Program-made: the position numbers and the translations under genes
Notes under the pieces: model-generated
The model's input: only the letters and a program-made list of their open reading frames with translations
What the model was told of the DNA's origin: nothing
The model's database searches: none
IMG/VR virus record: IMGVR_UViG_3300031963_000058
Span: 24,100 to 88,099 of that record
From: a virus
Taxonomy: Duplodnaviria; Heunggongvirae; Uroviricota; Caudoviricetes
Reading direction: 5' to 3' (one strand)
Length of the DNA stretch: 64,000 nucleotides
Part shown: positions 19,226-29,493 of the stretch, one piece after another
How positions within the stretch are numbered: position 1 is the first letter of the stretch
Layout: each line of letters begins with the position of its first letter

Positions 19226-20185
19226 ATGATTAAGTTAGTATCGGACTTCGAAATTAAATTATTTAGTTATTTAGATAAAAAATTAAAAAACAAGGATCTG
19301 TTTTCAGTGTCTAATGAAAATTATTTTGGAATGATATTATTCGTTCGCAAATATTTAAGATATTTCGGGATTTTGTACCCTAATTCTGACGACTATTATG
19401 GTATTAAATATTTGTGTTATAATATAATAGCAAAAAATAGAAATAAAAAATTAATTGATCTTGATTTTAAAGATTTGATTGGTCAAAAATTTAAAATTAG
19501 AAATCGCGAGTTACAAAATGCATTTATTCTAAATTTTTTAGAGTATGATTGTGTAGACGCTTCTACAATAAGCCGCTGGATTAATCAATCAGATACTGGG
19601 CTTAAATATGTATGTTATGAAAAAAGGTTTAGTGATGTGGTGCCTTTTTTTGCTTATGTAAATAATGAGAAATATAAGTTAAAATACAACACGGTAAATA
19701 CTTTTGGCCGTAATATAAAGTTACCGAAAGGAATAACTGACGAAACTCGTCATGTTACGTTATTTGAGTTAGAGACCGTTATTAATAGTAAAATTGACAA
19801 AGATAATTCATTTAAAAAAGCCATATACGATCAACTTGCTGTTGATTTTACTAAAGGGTTTAAGTTAGGGGATGATCAGCAAAACAGATATTATATTTCA
19901 GCCCCACCAGATGAAGATACGGATATTTACTTTAAATTTACTAGTATAAGAAATGAAAATGAAAAAATTATTTTTGATATAAAAATAATCAATATAATAG
20001 ATGCTGAAAACAACTCAAAAATTAACCCTAAGGATCTTAGCCTAGATGAAAAAATTGCTATTAAAAATAGGGTGCATGATAAGGTGTATTTTTTAATTCA
20101 ATTTGATAAACATGGGTATGATTTAAATACAAGTGTTTTTAGTGCGGATTCTATAGATTTGTCAGATATAAATATTAAATTCTAA
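19226..20185 (+). CDS. member 1 of the ~300-aa tandem paralogue family
   Basis: Shares the N-terminal helix pattern (SDFEIKLFSYLDKKL) and the central W..GLKYV...NG..YY motif with the next nine genes. Confidence 0.6.
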   Translation: MIKLVSDFEIKLFSYLDKKLKNKDLFSVSNENYFGMILFVRKYLRYFGILYPNSDDYYGIKYLCYNIIAKNRNKKLIDLDFKDLIGQKFKIRNRELQNAFILNFLEYDCVDASTISRWINQSDTGLKYVCYEKRFSDVVPFFAYVNNEKYKLKYNTVNTFGRNIKLPKGITDETRHVTLFELETVINSKIDKDNSFKKAIYDQLAVDFTKGFKLGDDQQNRYYISAPPDEDTDIYFKFTSIRNENEKIIFDIKIINIIDAENNSKINPKDLSLDEKIAIKNRVHDKVYFLIQFDKHGYDLNTSVFSADSIDLSDINIKF

Positions 20186-20196
20186 TCAATATTTTT

Positions 20197-21096
20197 ATGC
20201 CAGAATTTTTCACAAAAAGGGAAATAGTTGCATTTGAAAGCATAGATAAATACATTAGTGAAAATGTATTATCTAATATTGTCTTTCAAAATGACCAGCA
20301 GAAAGATATGCTTTCTATGTATAACAAATATCATGATGAGATAAAAAATGCTTTTTTAAAAAAAATACCTTTTTTTGGTTATCAAAGAGATAACTTTGGA
20401 TTTATGTTTTTTAAATATATTTTTAGCTCACATGTTTGTTATAAACATAATAAAAACCGTAAATCTTTAACTCAAGAAGATTTTATGGAAAGTCATATAC
20501 GTGGTCCTGGTTTTATGCATAATCAGTCAGCAGTTTCTGCTGCGATTTTTTTTAAAGTACCATTTACACTTAAATCTATAGGTAAATGGGTAAATTTTAA
20601 AGGACAAAAATATGTTGTAATTACTGATATAAATGGGAGCCGGATTATTTCTTGGATTTATTCTGGAGGTATTCTTTATAGGAATAAAATAGCTTTTCCT
20701 GACTGGCAAGAATTTGACACATCAAATCTTGGGCCAGACATCCGTTTAGTGAATGATCCTGAGATGTCGATTATATATGATAATCGTTCAGCAGATATCG
20801 AAAAAGCAGCAATAATTAGTATGGGTCGAAAAGCTAAAACATATATCGATTTATTATTGACAGCGAGAACTCTTTCTGAAAAAAATGTGGATTTAAAAAT
20901 TATTGGCGTATCTTTCTCTAAGAGGACATTTAAATTTAAGTTTAAAGTTATAGGCCAATATCTTACTAACAGTTTATATGAAGAACTAATAAACGGCGGA
21001 GCGATAAAAGTTGCTCTTATTAATTCTTACATAATAAGAATTTATCGTAATTTGATAGATATATCAAAATTAAATTTTATAATTGAAGTAGAGTAA
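20197..21096 (+). CDS. member 2 of the ~300-aa tandem paralogue family
   Basis: Contains GKWVNFKGQKYVVITDINGS. The antisense ORF 20527..20709 is rejected. Confidence 0.6.
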   Translation: MPEFFTKREIVAFESIDKYISENVLSNIVFQNDQQKDMLSMYNKYHDEIKNAFLKKIPFFGYQRDNFGFMFFKYIFSSHVCYKHNKNRKSLTQEDFMESHIRGPGFMHNQSAVSAAIFFKVPFTLKSIGKWVNFKGQKYVVITDINGSRIISWIYSGGILYRNKIAFPDWQEFDTSNLGPDIRLVNDPEMSIIYDNRSADIEKAAIISMGRKAKTYIDLLLTARTLSEKNVDLKIIGVSFSKRTFKFKFKVIGQYLTNSLYEELINGGAIKVALINSYIIRIYRNLIDISKLNFIIEVE

Positions 21097-21097
21097 T

Positions 21098-22027
21098 ATG
21101 AGTAGAGTTTTATCTAAATTTGATATAACACTTTTTAGTGCGGCTGATAGGTTAATTTATCAAAAATTTATGTTATATGCTCCATCTATGGCTGACGAAT
21201 TTATTGGTGATATGGCTAGTGCATATGTTAATAACATTGTGAATAGAGAATTTATTATGAAAACGTTTAAATCTGTTTTATCTAGATTGGGGGTATCTAC
21301 AGCAGGGATGATGTTTAATTATTATTTTGGTAGATACATACATTTTTCAACGATAAAAAATTTATTTGGTAAAAATTATTCAGAAATAGATATTAATGAT
21401 TTAATGAAACTGCCGCAACAAAAAACTGTAGTTTCATTTATTCCGGCTCTTTTAATTTCTAAAATTCCATTTAAAACAGCTCAAGGAGCTGTTGGAGCAT
21501 CCAAATGGATTAAGGATAAAGGCAATAATTATGTTTATTATAACAATTCTATCGAAGATCAGGCATCATTTGTATATTCAAATGGAGAATACTATTATTT
21601 TGCACCAAATATTCCTTTTGATAATATTGCAAAAAAATTTAACCTTATTTCTGTTGGACCAAGTTTAATAAATTATATTGCCGAAAATGACTATACTTTG
21701 GAACAAGTTAAAAAATTTGTTCATAAAAAAGTATATGAATATTTCCAGGTATACTTTGGGTCTATAACCGTTAATATAGCTGGCCATGTTTCTGAAAAAT
21801 TTTTAGTCAATGAAGTTAAAAAAACAAAAAATGGCTTTAATTTTAAAATTACTTCTGAGAAAAATTCAATAACTTCAGGATCTAAAGCTTATTTTGAGGA
21901 TGTAGTGAAAGATAGATTATTAAAATCTATAATGGGGGAGCCATATGAATATGCTCTTGATATTCCGAATAAATATGAAATAAACGTAGAAATTAAAATA
22001 TATGGAAAATCTAATAACAAAAAGTGA
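21098..22027 (+). CDS. member 3 of the ~300-aa tandem paralogue family
   Basis: Contains SKWIKDKGNNYVYYNNS...SNGEYYYF. Confidence 0.6.
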   Translation: MSRVLSKFDITLFSAADRLIYQKFMLYAPSMADEFIGDMASAYVNNIVNREFIMKTFKSVLSRLGVSTAGMMFNYYFGRYIHFSTIKNLFGKNYSEIDINDLMKLPQQKTVVSFIPALLISKIPFKTAQGAVGASKWIKDKGNNYVYYNNSIEDQASFVYSNGEYYYFAPNIPFDNIAKKFNLISVGPSLINYIAENDYTLEQVKKFVHKKVYEYFQVYFGSITVNIAGHVSEKFLVNEVKKTKNGFNFKITSEKNSITSGSKAYFEDVVKDRLLKSIMGEPYEYALDIPNKYEINVEIKIYGKSNNKK

Positions 22028-22090
22028 AACCGCACTATATGAGTATCTTGATAAGTATATACATAAACATTTAAAAATTAAAAGCGGGTT

Positions 22091-23035
22091 GTGGAAAGAT
22101 TATTAAATAATAGAGATGTTATTTCTTATGGTATAATTAATAAATATATTAATCATATTTATCGCAAATATTTTGGTGATAGCCCGCCGGAGAAGTATAT
22201 AAATCCTAGTTTCCTCACAAAAATATATGATGATTATATTTATTTACCTGATTTTAGTCAATTTTCATTTAAAGAACTTATGAAGTTATTAAATAAATTG
22301 GGTTATTATAATGTTAATCCACGACGAGAGATTGTCAAATATCTTTTGTATTCAGAGATTGCTGCAAGAAATAATAAACCGGTTAAAGATCTAACAATGT
22401 CAGATGTAATTAATTTTACACCTATCCTTGTATCAAGGCCTGATTTTTTACCGGCAATATCGTTATTGGTGCCAAGCAGATCAAAATCATTTATCTCAAA
22501 TTGGGTTGAAGTTAATGGCTTAAAATATGTTGTTAAAAAAAATCAAAATTTAGCTCTAGTTTATACTAATGGGGTATATTATTATAATGATAACGTATTT
22601 AATCATTCAAGTCCCCCATATATTGGGACATATTTACCAAATAAAGAAAAATCGACTGCTCGTGAATTAAATATAATTATGAATCATGATTTTAGCCATG
22701 AAGAGTTAGTTGATTATCTTACAAAATTAAATTTTAAAAAATTAAAAAAATTTTTGACAGAGCAACTGAAATTTGATGCTAATTTTAAAGATGAAGGGTT
22801 GGTTTTGGATGATTTTAAAATATTAGATAAAATATTAATCGTTGATCTTAAAACACCACTTAACCGTGATATTTCTAATTTATCGGAAAAAAGTATACAT
22901 AAACTTGGAGACGGCATTGCAACTTTTATTCATATGTCATATAATAACATAGGTAACTTATCTAACTTTTCATACTCTAGGGTTCGGTTAAACATAAACG
23001 GTATTAATGTTTATAATTATGGGCATAGTATTTAA
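22091..23035 (+). CDS. member 4 of the ~300-aa tandem paralogue family (GTG start)
   Basis: Contains SNWVEVNGLKYVVKKN...YTNGVYYYND. The GTG start is supported by alignment with the N-termini of the paralogues. Confidence 0.6.
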   Translation: MERLLNNRDVISYGIINKYINHIYRKYFGDSPPEKYINPSFLTKIYDDYIYLPDFSQFSFKELMKLLNKLGYYNVNPRREIVKYLLYSEIAARNNKPVKDLTMSDVINFTPILVSRPDFLPAISLLVPSRSKSFISNWVEVNGLKYVVKKNQNLALVYTNGVYYYNDNVFNHSSPPYIGTYLPNKEKSTARELNIIMNHDFSHEELVDYLTKLNFKKLKKFLTEQLKFDANFKDEGLVLDDFKILDKILIVDLKTPLNRDISNLSEKSIHKLGDGIATFIHMSYNNIGNLSNFSYSRVRLNINGINVYNYGHSI

Positions 23036-23921
23036 TAGTCGTGAAATATTTTTTTTAAAAAAAGTTGAAGAGTCATTATATGAAGCTGCGAAGACTTTTC
23101 AGTATTATAATCCAGTTAGAAAACTGAAAATTAGTTTCGATTTATATCGATATATTTACCTATCAGCAGGTTTTGCTCAAAAATCGGAAGAAATTTTCAT
23201 TAAAAAAGCTAAATTTTTTGGAATACAAGGTGATTTAACCGTTTTATATGTCAAATATATACTTTGCTCAGAAATAGCGGCAAAGTTAGATAAGCACATA
23301 AATTATTTGACACAAAAGGATATTATAAATGCGAAAGATATCTTAGTAAAAGATAACGAGTGGGCGACAGCAGCAATTGCTAATTTGATACCTTTCACTG
23401 GGGATGATATGAAAGCTGTTTGGGTTAACAAGAATGGTCTTAAGTATAAAGTTTATAGTTCAGGACTTTGGTTTATATATACAAATGGGGAGTTCTACTA
23501 TAATTATGATACATATAATTTCACTATCCCAAGTATTTTTAGTGATTTTGCTAGACCTTGTTCAATCCGTGATCTTGAAGTTATAGAAACCTATGATTTA
23601 GATTATAGTGGTTATATAGATAAAATAAAGAAATTAAGTATAAAAGAATTGAAACGTATGTATGAAGTACATGAAGATGGAAAATATATAAAATATCTTG
23701 CAGAAACTCAGTCCAAGCTAATTAAAATTGATTACTCCGGAAAAGAAAATATAAATTTTTATTTTAAATCAAAAATAAAAACAGATGAATTATTAAATAA
23801 TGTGGCTAAAACGCTTCTTCATGTAATGAATAATTTACAACGTAGTGCTTTCATCTTTCATAGCCGTTTGTTAGATTCTGGCGAAACTAGTATATACATA
23901 AATGGTAAAAAATATATATAA
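23019..23921 (+). CDS. member 5 of the ~300-aa tandem paralogue family
   Basis: Contains AVWVNKNGLKYKVYSS...YTNGEFYYNYD. The start was chosen at MGIVFNSREIFFL by paralogue alignment; the ORF extends to 23007. Confidence 0.55.
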   Translation: MGIVFNSREIFFLKKVEESLYEAAKTFQYYNPVRKLKISFDLYRYIYLSAGFAQKSEEIFIKKAKFFGIQGDLTVLYVKYILCSEIAAKLDKHINYLTQKDIINAKDILVKDNEWATAAIANLIPFTGDDMKAVWVNKNGLKYKVYSSGLWFIYTNGEFYYNYDTYNFTIPSIFSDFARPCSIRDLEVIETYDLDYSGYIDKIKKLSIKELKRMYEVHEDGKYIKYLAETQSKLIKIDYSGKENINFYFKSKIKTDELLNNVAKTLLHVMNNLQRSAFIFHSRLLDSGETSIYINGKKYI

Positions 23922-24859
23922 TGGCCAAATATTTTAGTAATTTCGAAGTAAGAGCTTTTGATTTAATTGATAAATCACTACGTGCTTATATTAAAAAATT
24001 TCTTTCGGAAAGAAGACTTAAACCGTATGATATCCCCCCAGGAATTTTTGATATATTTTTTTACACTACGAAAGATATTCTGTCTTTAAATTATAATATT
24101 AGGGTGGTTTTTTACAAGCAAAGTAAGTTTCTTGGGTTAAAACCGAATAGTAATTATGAAACTTATTACTTTTATAAGTATCTTATTGCTACACAGATAG
24201 CATATAAGCTGGGTAAAAGTAGAAGTGAATTGACGTTTACTGATATCTCGAATTCGGAACAAATTATAATCAATGAAGGTTTCATGGATAATATTTGTTT
24301 GTATTATTTATTTCCTTTTCGCTCTACACGTGGTCATTATGATTCATCTGGACTCTGGGATAAATCTAAAGGGTTAAAATATTTATACTACTATAGTAGA
24401 ACTAATCTTGTATCTATATTTTCTAACGGGGTACAATACGTAAACGAATTTTATACCTCATCAGAGGTTTCTCCAGAATTTAGCAAAAAATACGTTAGTG
24501 CGAATGCATACGATTTGAAAGTTATTGAAAAACTTGATTTAGATTATGATGGAGTGCGCAATAAGCTTCTTGAGCTTGAAGCTAAACGAGTTGAAAGATT
24601 GTACAAAAAGATTATTAAGATACGCAGGTTTGCTTTGATATTCGAAAACTATCCTTTTAATGTTAGGTTATCTAAAATAGTTTTTAATAAAAAAGATTTA
24701 AAGTTTCACTTTACAACTGATCCGATTGACGATGAGGTTAAAACTAATTTAAGGCATGAACTATTGCCATTGGTTTTTGAGGTTTATTATAAATATAGCC
24801 CAAAAAGTAAAGTATTAAATTTGGGAACTTTAGTTTTTTCTCTACTACTCAATGAGTAG
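23921..24859 (+). CDS. member 6 of the ~300-aa tandem paralogue family
   Basis: Contains GLWDKSKGLKYLYYYS...FSNGVQYVNE. Confidence 0.6.
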   Translation: MAKYFSNFEVRAFDLIDKSLRAYIKKFLSERRLKPYDIPPGIFDIFFYTTKDILSLNYNIRVVFYKQSKFLGLKPNSNYETYYFYKYLIATQIAYKLGKSRSELTFTDISNSEQIIINEGFMDNICLYYLFPFRSTRGHYDSSGLWDKSKGLKYLYYYSRTNLVSIFSNGVQYVNEFYTSSEVSPEFSKKYVSANAYDLKVIEKLDLDYDGVRNKLLELEAKRVERLYKKIIKIRRFALIFENYPFNVRLSKIVFNKKDLKFHFTTDPIDDEVKTNLRHELLPLVFEVYYKYSPKSKVLNLGTLVFSLLLNE

Positions 24860-24887
24860 ATATTTATAAATATAGTATTAAAAAATT

Positions 24888-25829
24888 ATGTTAGAAGGAT
24901 TAACCAAGCAAGATATTGTTATATTTAACACCATAGACAAACAGATAGGTCTTACTTTAGGTGGTCCTAAATTATATGATCTTATATCTGGAGATGAGTT
25001 GCATGATCATATATCTCGTATATTAAAATATTTTGGTATACCAAATAAGTTTAATAGCGCGTCACGTAAGTGTTACATAGTATATTTTGCTTTAACAGTT
25101 TTATCCCAGATACGCAAAAAAAAGATATCTAAATTAACAATAGATGATATTATTAATGCGGAGATATATAATATAGACGCTGATAATGAAATGACAGCTC
25201 AACTAATAAAATTTAAAATTAAGTTTTTAAGTGAAAAATATAAATCGAATTGGGTTGACGAGGGAAATGGGTATAAATATATTATTCGGGATACTGATAC
25301 TAATGACATCGTTTATCTTTATAATGGCGTAAAACATTATGGGTACTATGGTTTAGTTAACACAAGTATTTTTATAGAACTTAAATCTTTATTTATTATA
25401 CCTGTTAGCCATTCAGATATGGCTGCAATTAGCAAACTACCTAATTTAAATTATGAGTCTATTTTGGGTTTAGTAAAAACTAAATTTATAGATTGTATTA
25501 AAAAATTTCTATACACTGAACTTAAAAATTTTGAGCATTATTATTTCATTGATGGTGAAACTATATTATTAGATTTAACACTAGAAAAAGTTCGTTTAAA
25601 AGATCTGAATATTACACTGCACGTATCCGTAGATAAGAATAAGGTTAGACGTGAGGTAAACAAAAATACTGTTGATTTAGAAGATATCTTTTTAAAAATA
25701 AAAAAAGATAAAAATTTTGAAAATAAGATTACTGAATATTTTCTAACCCAAATTAAACTAAACGCAGATTGTGATAGTAGATTATGGAGTACATATAAAT
25801 TTAATTTTAAGACGGTTATTGATGTATGA
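24888..25829 (+). CDS. member 7 of the ~300-aa tandem paralogue family
   Basis: Contains SNWVDEGNGYKYIIRD...LYNGVKHYGYY. Confidence 0.6.
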   Translation: MLEGLTKQDIVIFNTIDKQIGLTLGGPKLYDLISGDELHDHISRILKYFGIPNKFNSASRKCYIVYFALTVLSQIRKKKISKLTIDDIINAEIYNIDADNEMTAQLIKFKIKFLSEKYKSNWVDEGNGYKYIIRDTDTNDIVYLYNGVKHYGYYGLVNTSIFIELKSLFIIPVSHSDMAAISKLPNLNYESILGLVKTKFIDCIKKFLYTELKNFEHYYFIDGETILLDLTLEKVRLKDLNITLHVSVDKNKVRREVNKNTVDLEDIFLKIKKDKNFENKITEYFLTQIKLNADCDSRLWSTYKFNFKTVIDV

Positions 25830-26749
25830 AAATAATGCTTACAATTTCTCCATTAGAGAAAGCTCTTAGAGTATTGATTGAAAGAGAACTTAAAATATAC
25901 CTAGAAGATTTTAACCAAAACATAATGTCTGATAGTTTTAGTTTAGGCGTTGTTATTCATAGGATGACCAGACGTCTTGAAAAACTAAAAATGCCTAGCT
26001 ATAAATTTCAGTCTTTTACGATTAATATGGCGGTTTCTCGTTATATCTATTTAAAATTACTATCACAAAAATTAAATAAACCTGTAAACGAAATAACAGA
26101 GTCTGACGTTTATAATGCAAAGCCAATACAAATTCCCACATTTTATGCTGAGGAAATGTTTGGAATTATCCGGGGGGGATTTCCTTTTACAGCAAAAAAA
26201 ATATGGATTTTTAAATCTCCATCTAATAAAAGTATTGTCGGTTCTTGGGATATAAAATCAAAAAGATATGTAGCTAGAACTTCAGATAATATTTTACTTG
26301 GTATTATTCTTGAAAATGGTATTTTTTATTACGATGAAGAATTATTTGATGTAGTTATCTGGCTTAATGGTATAGTTCCTTGTAAACAAGAGGATCTTAG
26401 GGTTATATTAAACACAAAAAATCGGGATATAATTGGGGCAATTAGTGAAAACCTTACGGAGTCTTTCTGTGATAATGCTAAGGATCATTTTGGTGTTACG
26501 GGTTTTTATCGTGAGTGGGATTTTTTTTATTCCGCGAATGCAACATTTGAAGTAGATTCAAGGGCTAAAAAAATGACAGTAAACATAAATATAGTTAGTG
26601 CTCCAGATGATTATGATGATCAGCTTATAGATAATATTAAGAGTACCTGGTGGCATGGTATTTATAAACAATATTCTGACTATGTTTATAGTAAATCAAA
26701 ATTAAGTGAGTTATATAATTTAAATATTAACTTAAATTTTAATACGTAG
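25826..26749 (+). CDS. member 8 of the ~300-aa tandem paralogue family
   Basis: Contains GSWDIKSKRYVARTSD...LENGIFYYDEE. Confidence 0.6.
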   Translation: MKIMLTISPLEKALRVLIERELKIYLEDFNQNIMSDSFSLGVVIHRMTRRLEKLKMPSYKFQSFTINMAVSRYIYLKLLSQKLNKPVNEITESDVYNAKPIQIPTFYAEEMFGIIRGGFPFTAKKIWIFKSPSNKSIVGSWDIKSKRYVARTSDNILLGIILENGIFYYDEELFDVVIWLNGIVPCKQEDLRVILNTKNRDIIGAISENLTESFCDNAKDHFGVTGFYREWDFFYSANATFEVDSRAKKMTVNINIVSAPDDYDDQLIDNIKSTWWHGIYKQYSDYVYSKSKLSELYNLNINLNFNT

Positions 26750-26770
26750 TAAAAATTATTAAATAAAAAT

Positions 26771-27667
26771 ATGGAACCAAAGATATTCAGTTTTGAACCT
26801 AATTTATATAGAACATTTAATAAATTTATGGGGTATGATCCAAAAAAAATGATGTTTAAATATGCCCCAGGATATGCTAGTTTTATTAGTGGAGGTAAAT
26901 TATATACCAGATTTGTAAAATTAATGGAGACTTTAAATGTTGAAGATAGTACAGGGTATCCTACCAAATTGTTTTATATGCGATACTATTATTTAACTTT
27001 ATTATCCGAAAAATTGAATAAAAGCCTAAGTCAGATTACCGTTGATGATATAATAAATAATGTCCTTAACATTAATGTTGGTTATTCGGTAATAGGAGAA
27101 CTGGTTGCATTTGGGTTTCCTATTATGTCTGATAATTTTCATTCCAAATGGGAGCATAGAAAAAATGGGTTTAAATATGTTGGTAGAAATCCTACGGGGA
27201 TGATAAATTTAGTTTCATTTAATAACATGGTTTTTCATGAAAATGATCTTTTTACTAAATACTATAATATATATGATGTAATGAATAATAAACAGTGTAT
27301 TATTGCAAAATGCAAAAAGAATGATCTTAATATAGTTTTAAACCAAAGTTCGGATGCTGACTTCGATTATATTGTAGCTGTTATATTAAGAACAATCACT
27401 GATGACTTTAAAACTTACATAAAAAGTGATGATGCACGTTTAGTTCATATTAAATTAAAAGACGTTTTTAGTATTATTTTAGATAATGTTGTTGTAAATC
27501 ATGAAGATAGAACAGTAAATTTTTATTGCCGTAAAATAAATAAATTTATGGATAAAATTAGCTTATATTCTGGTCAACAATATCTTGATCGCCAATACAA
27601 AGAATTCCTTATAAAGAAAACTGAGTTTTTGAATTACAATTATCGATGCGCAGTCAATTATATATAA
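26771..27667 (+). CDS. member 9 of the ~300-aa tandem paralogue family
   Basis: Contains SKWEHRKNGFKYVGRN...SFNNMVFHEND. Confidence 0.6.
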   Translation: MEPKIFSFEPNLYRTFNKFMGYDPKKMMFKYAPGYASFISGGKLYTRFVKLMETLNVEDSTGYPTKLFYMRYYYLTLLSEKLNKSLSQITVDDIINNVLNINVGYSVIGELVAFGFPIMSDNFHSKWEHRKNGFKYVGRNPTGMINLVSFNNMVFHENDLFTKYYNIYDVMNNKQCIIAKCKKNDLNIVLNQSSDADFDYIVAVILRTITDDFKTYIKSDDARLVHIKLKDVFSIILDNVVVNHEDRTVNFYCRKINKFMDKISLYSGQQYLDRQYKEFLIKKTEFLNYNYRCAVNYI

Positions 27668-27683
27668 AAACCACAACAAACTA

Positions 27684-28610
27684 ATGAAGCCTAAAATTTC
27701 TGATTTAGAATTTAAAGTATATTCTCTAATAGAAAAGAGATTCTCTGAATTAAGCTCAGAAGAATTTTCTTTAGCTATGATTGACATGAGTAGTTATCCT
27801 TATAGAACTTTTATAAAGTTAGTTGAGACATTTTCTTTGGATAAGATATTTGATTTACCTCCATTTATTTTCACGCTCAGATATCGTTATTTAACAGAAT
27901 TATCCAGAGTGAAAGGTATTCCTCGTTCAAAAATAACAGAAAAAGATATTTTTGGGTCTAAATTAGTTTTTCCTGTAAGTACTAATGAATCTTTATTATT
28001 AGGTTTGTGTGGATTTCCATTTATTTCGGGAATTGTAGTTGGTGAGTGGTATAAAGGTAGGGATAAAAAATACGTATGCCGTGAAATTGGGGGGGAAATA
28101 AATTATATTGCCTACAATAATGTTAATATTATTCAAAATATTAACAAATATCATAGTGATCCTAATATTATGTCGAAATCTTTTTATGGTAAACAATTAA
28201 AACATATTATCAGACAGGCAACTACATTTGATTTAGAATTTGCGTTAAAACAAAGAACAACAGAAATATATGTGATAATACATAATTTAACTATGTATTT
28301 TTTTGAACAATTTAAAAAACATGTTATGAGCAAGAAGTTTATTGATGTTTCAAGTAATAGAAATCTAACTAAATATATTGTGATAACAGATATGGTAGTT
28401 AAAAATTCAGAAATAAATGTTAAATATAACCTATTAACAAATAGGCCGGAAATATTTAATTATGAATATTTTAAGAAAACTAAAAATGAGTTAGTTGAAC
28501 ATATATATATGACCTTAGTTTTAATGTATATTACAGTAGCAACCAATTCTAATCTTCATAATAGATATAGTCTAGTTGTTGGGAAACCTGAATTAATTGA
28601 GCAGTTATGA
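27684..28610 (+). CDS. member 10 of the ~300-aa tandem paralogue family
   Basis: Contains GEWYKGRDKKYVCREIGGEINYIAYNN. Confidence 0.6.
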   Translation: MKPKISDLEFKVYSLIEKRFSELSSEEFSLAMIDMSSYPYRTFIKLVETFSLDKIFDLPPFIFTLRYRYLTELSRVKGIPRSKITEKDIFGSKLVFPVSTNESLLLGLCGFPFISGIVVGEWYKGRDKKYVCREIGGEINYIAYNNVNIIQNINKYHSDPNIMSKSFYGKQLKHIIRQATTFDLEFALKQRTTEIYVIIHNLTMYFFEQFKKHVMSKKFIDVSSNRNLTKYIVITDMVVKNSEINVKYNLLTNRPEIFNYEYFKKTKNELVEHIYMTLVLMYITVATNSNLHNRYSLVVGKPELIEQL

Positions 28611-28656
28611 TTTACAAACCATCATTTATTTATTATTTTTGATCTAAATAAATAAA

Positions 28657-29481
28657 ATGAAACAAACAAAAACATATCACGAACTAGTCTCTAAAATGAG
28701 ATCTTTCTTTTTATCTAAAGGATGGATTGAGGTACCTACTCAGTCCAGATTATCAATACTCGCTGCGTGCGAAAATCCCCACTCTGTGGCGACTTTTGAA
28801 TACGATGGAGTAGTATGGCCTCTACCACAAACGGGTCAAATGTGGCTTGAATATGAGCTTCTGAAGAACCCTGATTGGCCAGGTGTGTTTTGCGTCTCCA
28901 CATCATACCGTAATGAGAAAAACCCGATCCCTGGAAGACATGAGAAAATTTTCCCTATGTTTGAATTTGAGTCAAAGGGGGGATTTGCTGAGCTTAAAAA
29001 ATTGGAGGCTGAACTTCTAGATTATCTAGGATTTTCTAGCCCGGTTAGTAGAAACTATGACGATATGTGTGATGAATACGGAGGGGTTCCTATTTTAGAG
29101 GATGAGCACGAATCTAGGATGTGGAAAGAACTTGGTAATGTTATATCTTTAGAGAAATTTCCATACAGGACATCTCCATTTTGGAATATGAAACATGCTG
29201 GAAATGATCTATTTAATAAGATAGATATTATCCTTTATGGGCAGGAAACAATTGGATCTGCGGAAAGATCTTGTGACGTTAATTATATGAGGCAAATGTT
29301 CTATAACATAATGGATGGGGCATATGCCAATAAACTTTTTGAATTATTTGGTAGAGAACGAGTTGAGAAAGAATTGGAAGAATTTCTTAGTTTAAATTTC
29401 TTTGAGCGATTTGGTGGAGGTATTGGTTTAACAAGGTTAGCTAGGGCTTACGAAATGCTTAAGGAATCTAGCCAAGTTTAA
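28657..29481 (+). CDS. AsnA-like / class II aminoacyl-tRNA-synthetase catalytic-core-like protein (Asp/Asn subfamily) lacking an anticodon-binding domain
   Basis: Motif 2-like SYRNEKNP...RHEKIFPMFEFE (fRnE...RH.xEFTMxE) and motif 3-like FGGGIGLTRLA (GGGIGxxRL, as in AsnA/AsnRS). At 274 aa it is too short for a full AsnRS. Confidence 0.55.
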   Translation: MKQTKTYHELVSKMRSFFLSKGWIEVPTQSRLSILAACENPHSVATFEYDGVVWPLPQTGQMWLEYELLKNPDWPGVFCVSTSYRNEKNPIPGRHEKIFPMFEFESKGGFAELKKLEAELLDYLGFSSPVSRNYDDMCDEYGGVPILEDEHESRMWKELGNVISLEKFPYRTSPFWNMKHAGNDLFNKIDIILYGQETIGSAERSCDVNYMRQMFYNIMDGAYANKLFELFGRERVEKELEEFLSLNFFERFGGGIGLTRLARAYEMLKESSQV

Positions 29482-29493
29482 AAATAAAATATT

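Noticed and set aside
19226-28610. Diversity-generating retroelement (template and variable repeats) as the source of paralogue diversity
   Set aside because: No reverse-transcriptase ORF is present, and no near-identical TR/VR pair with adenine-specific differences is seen. The paralogues differ throughout their length.
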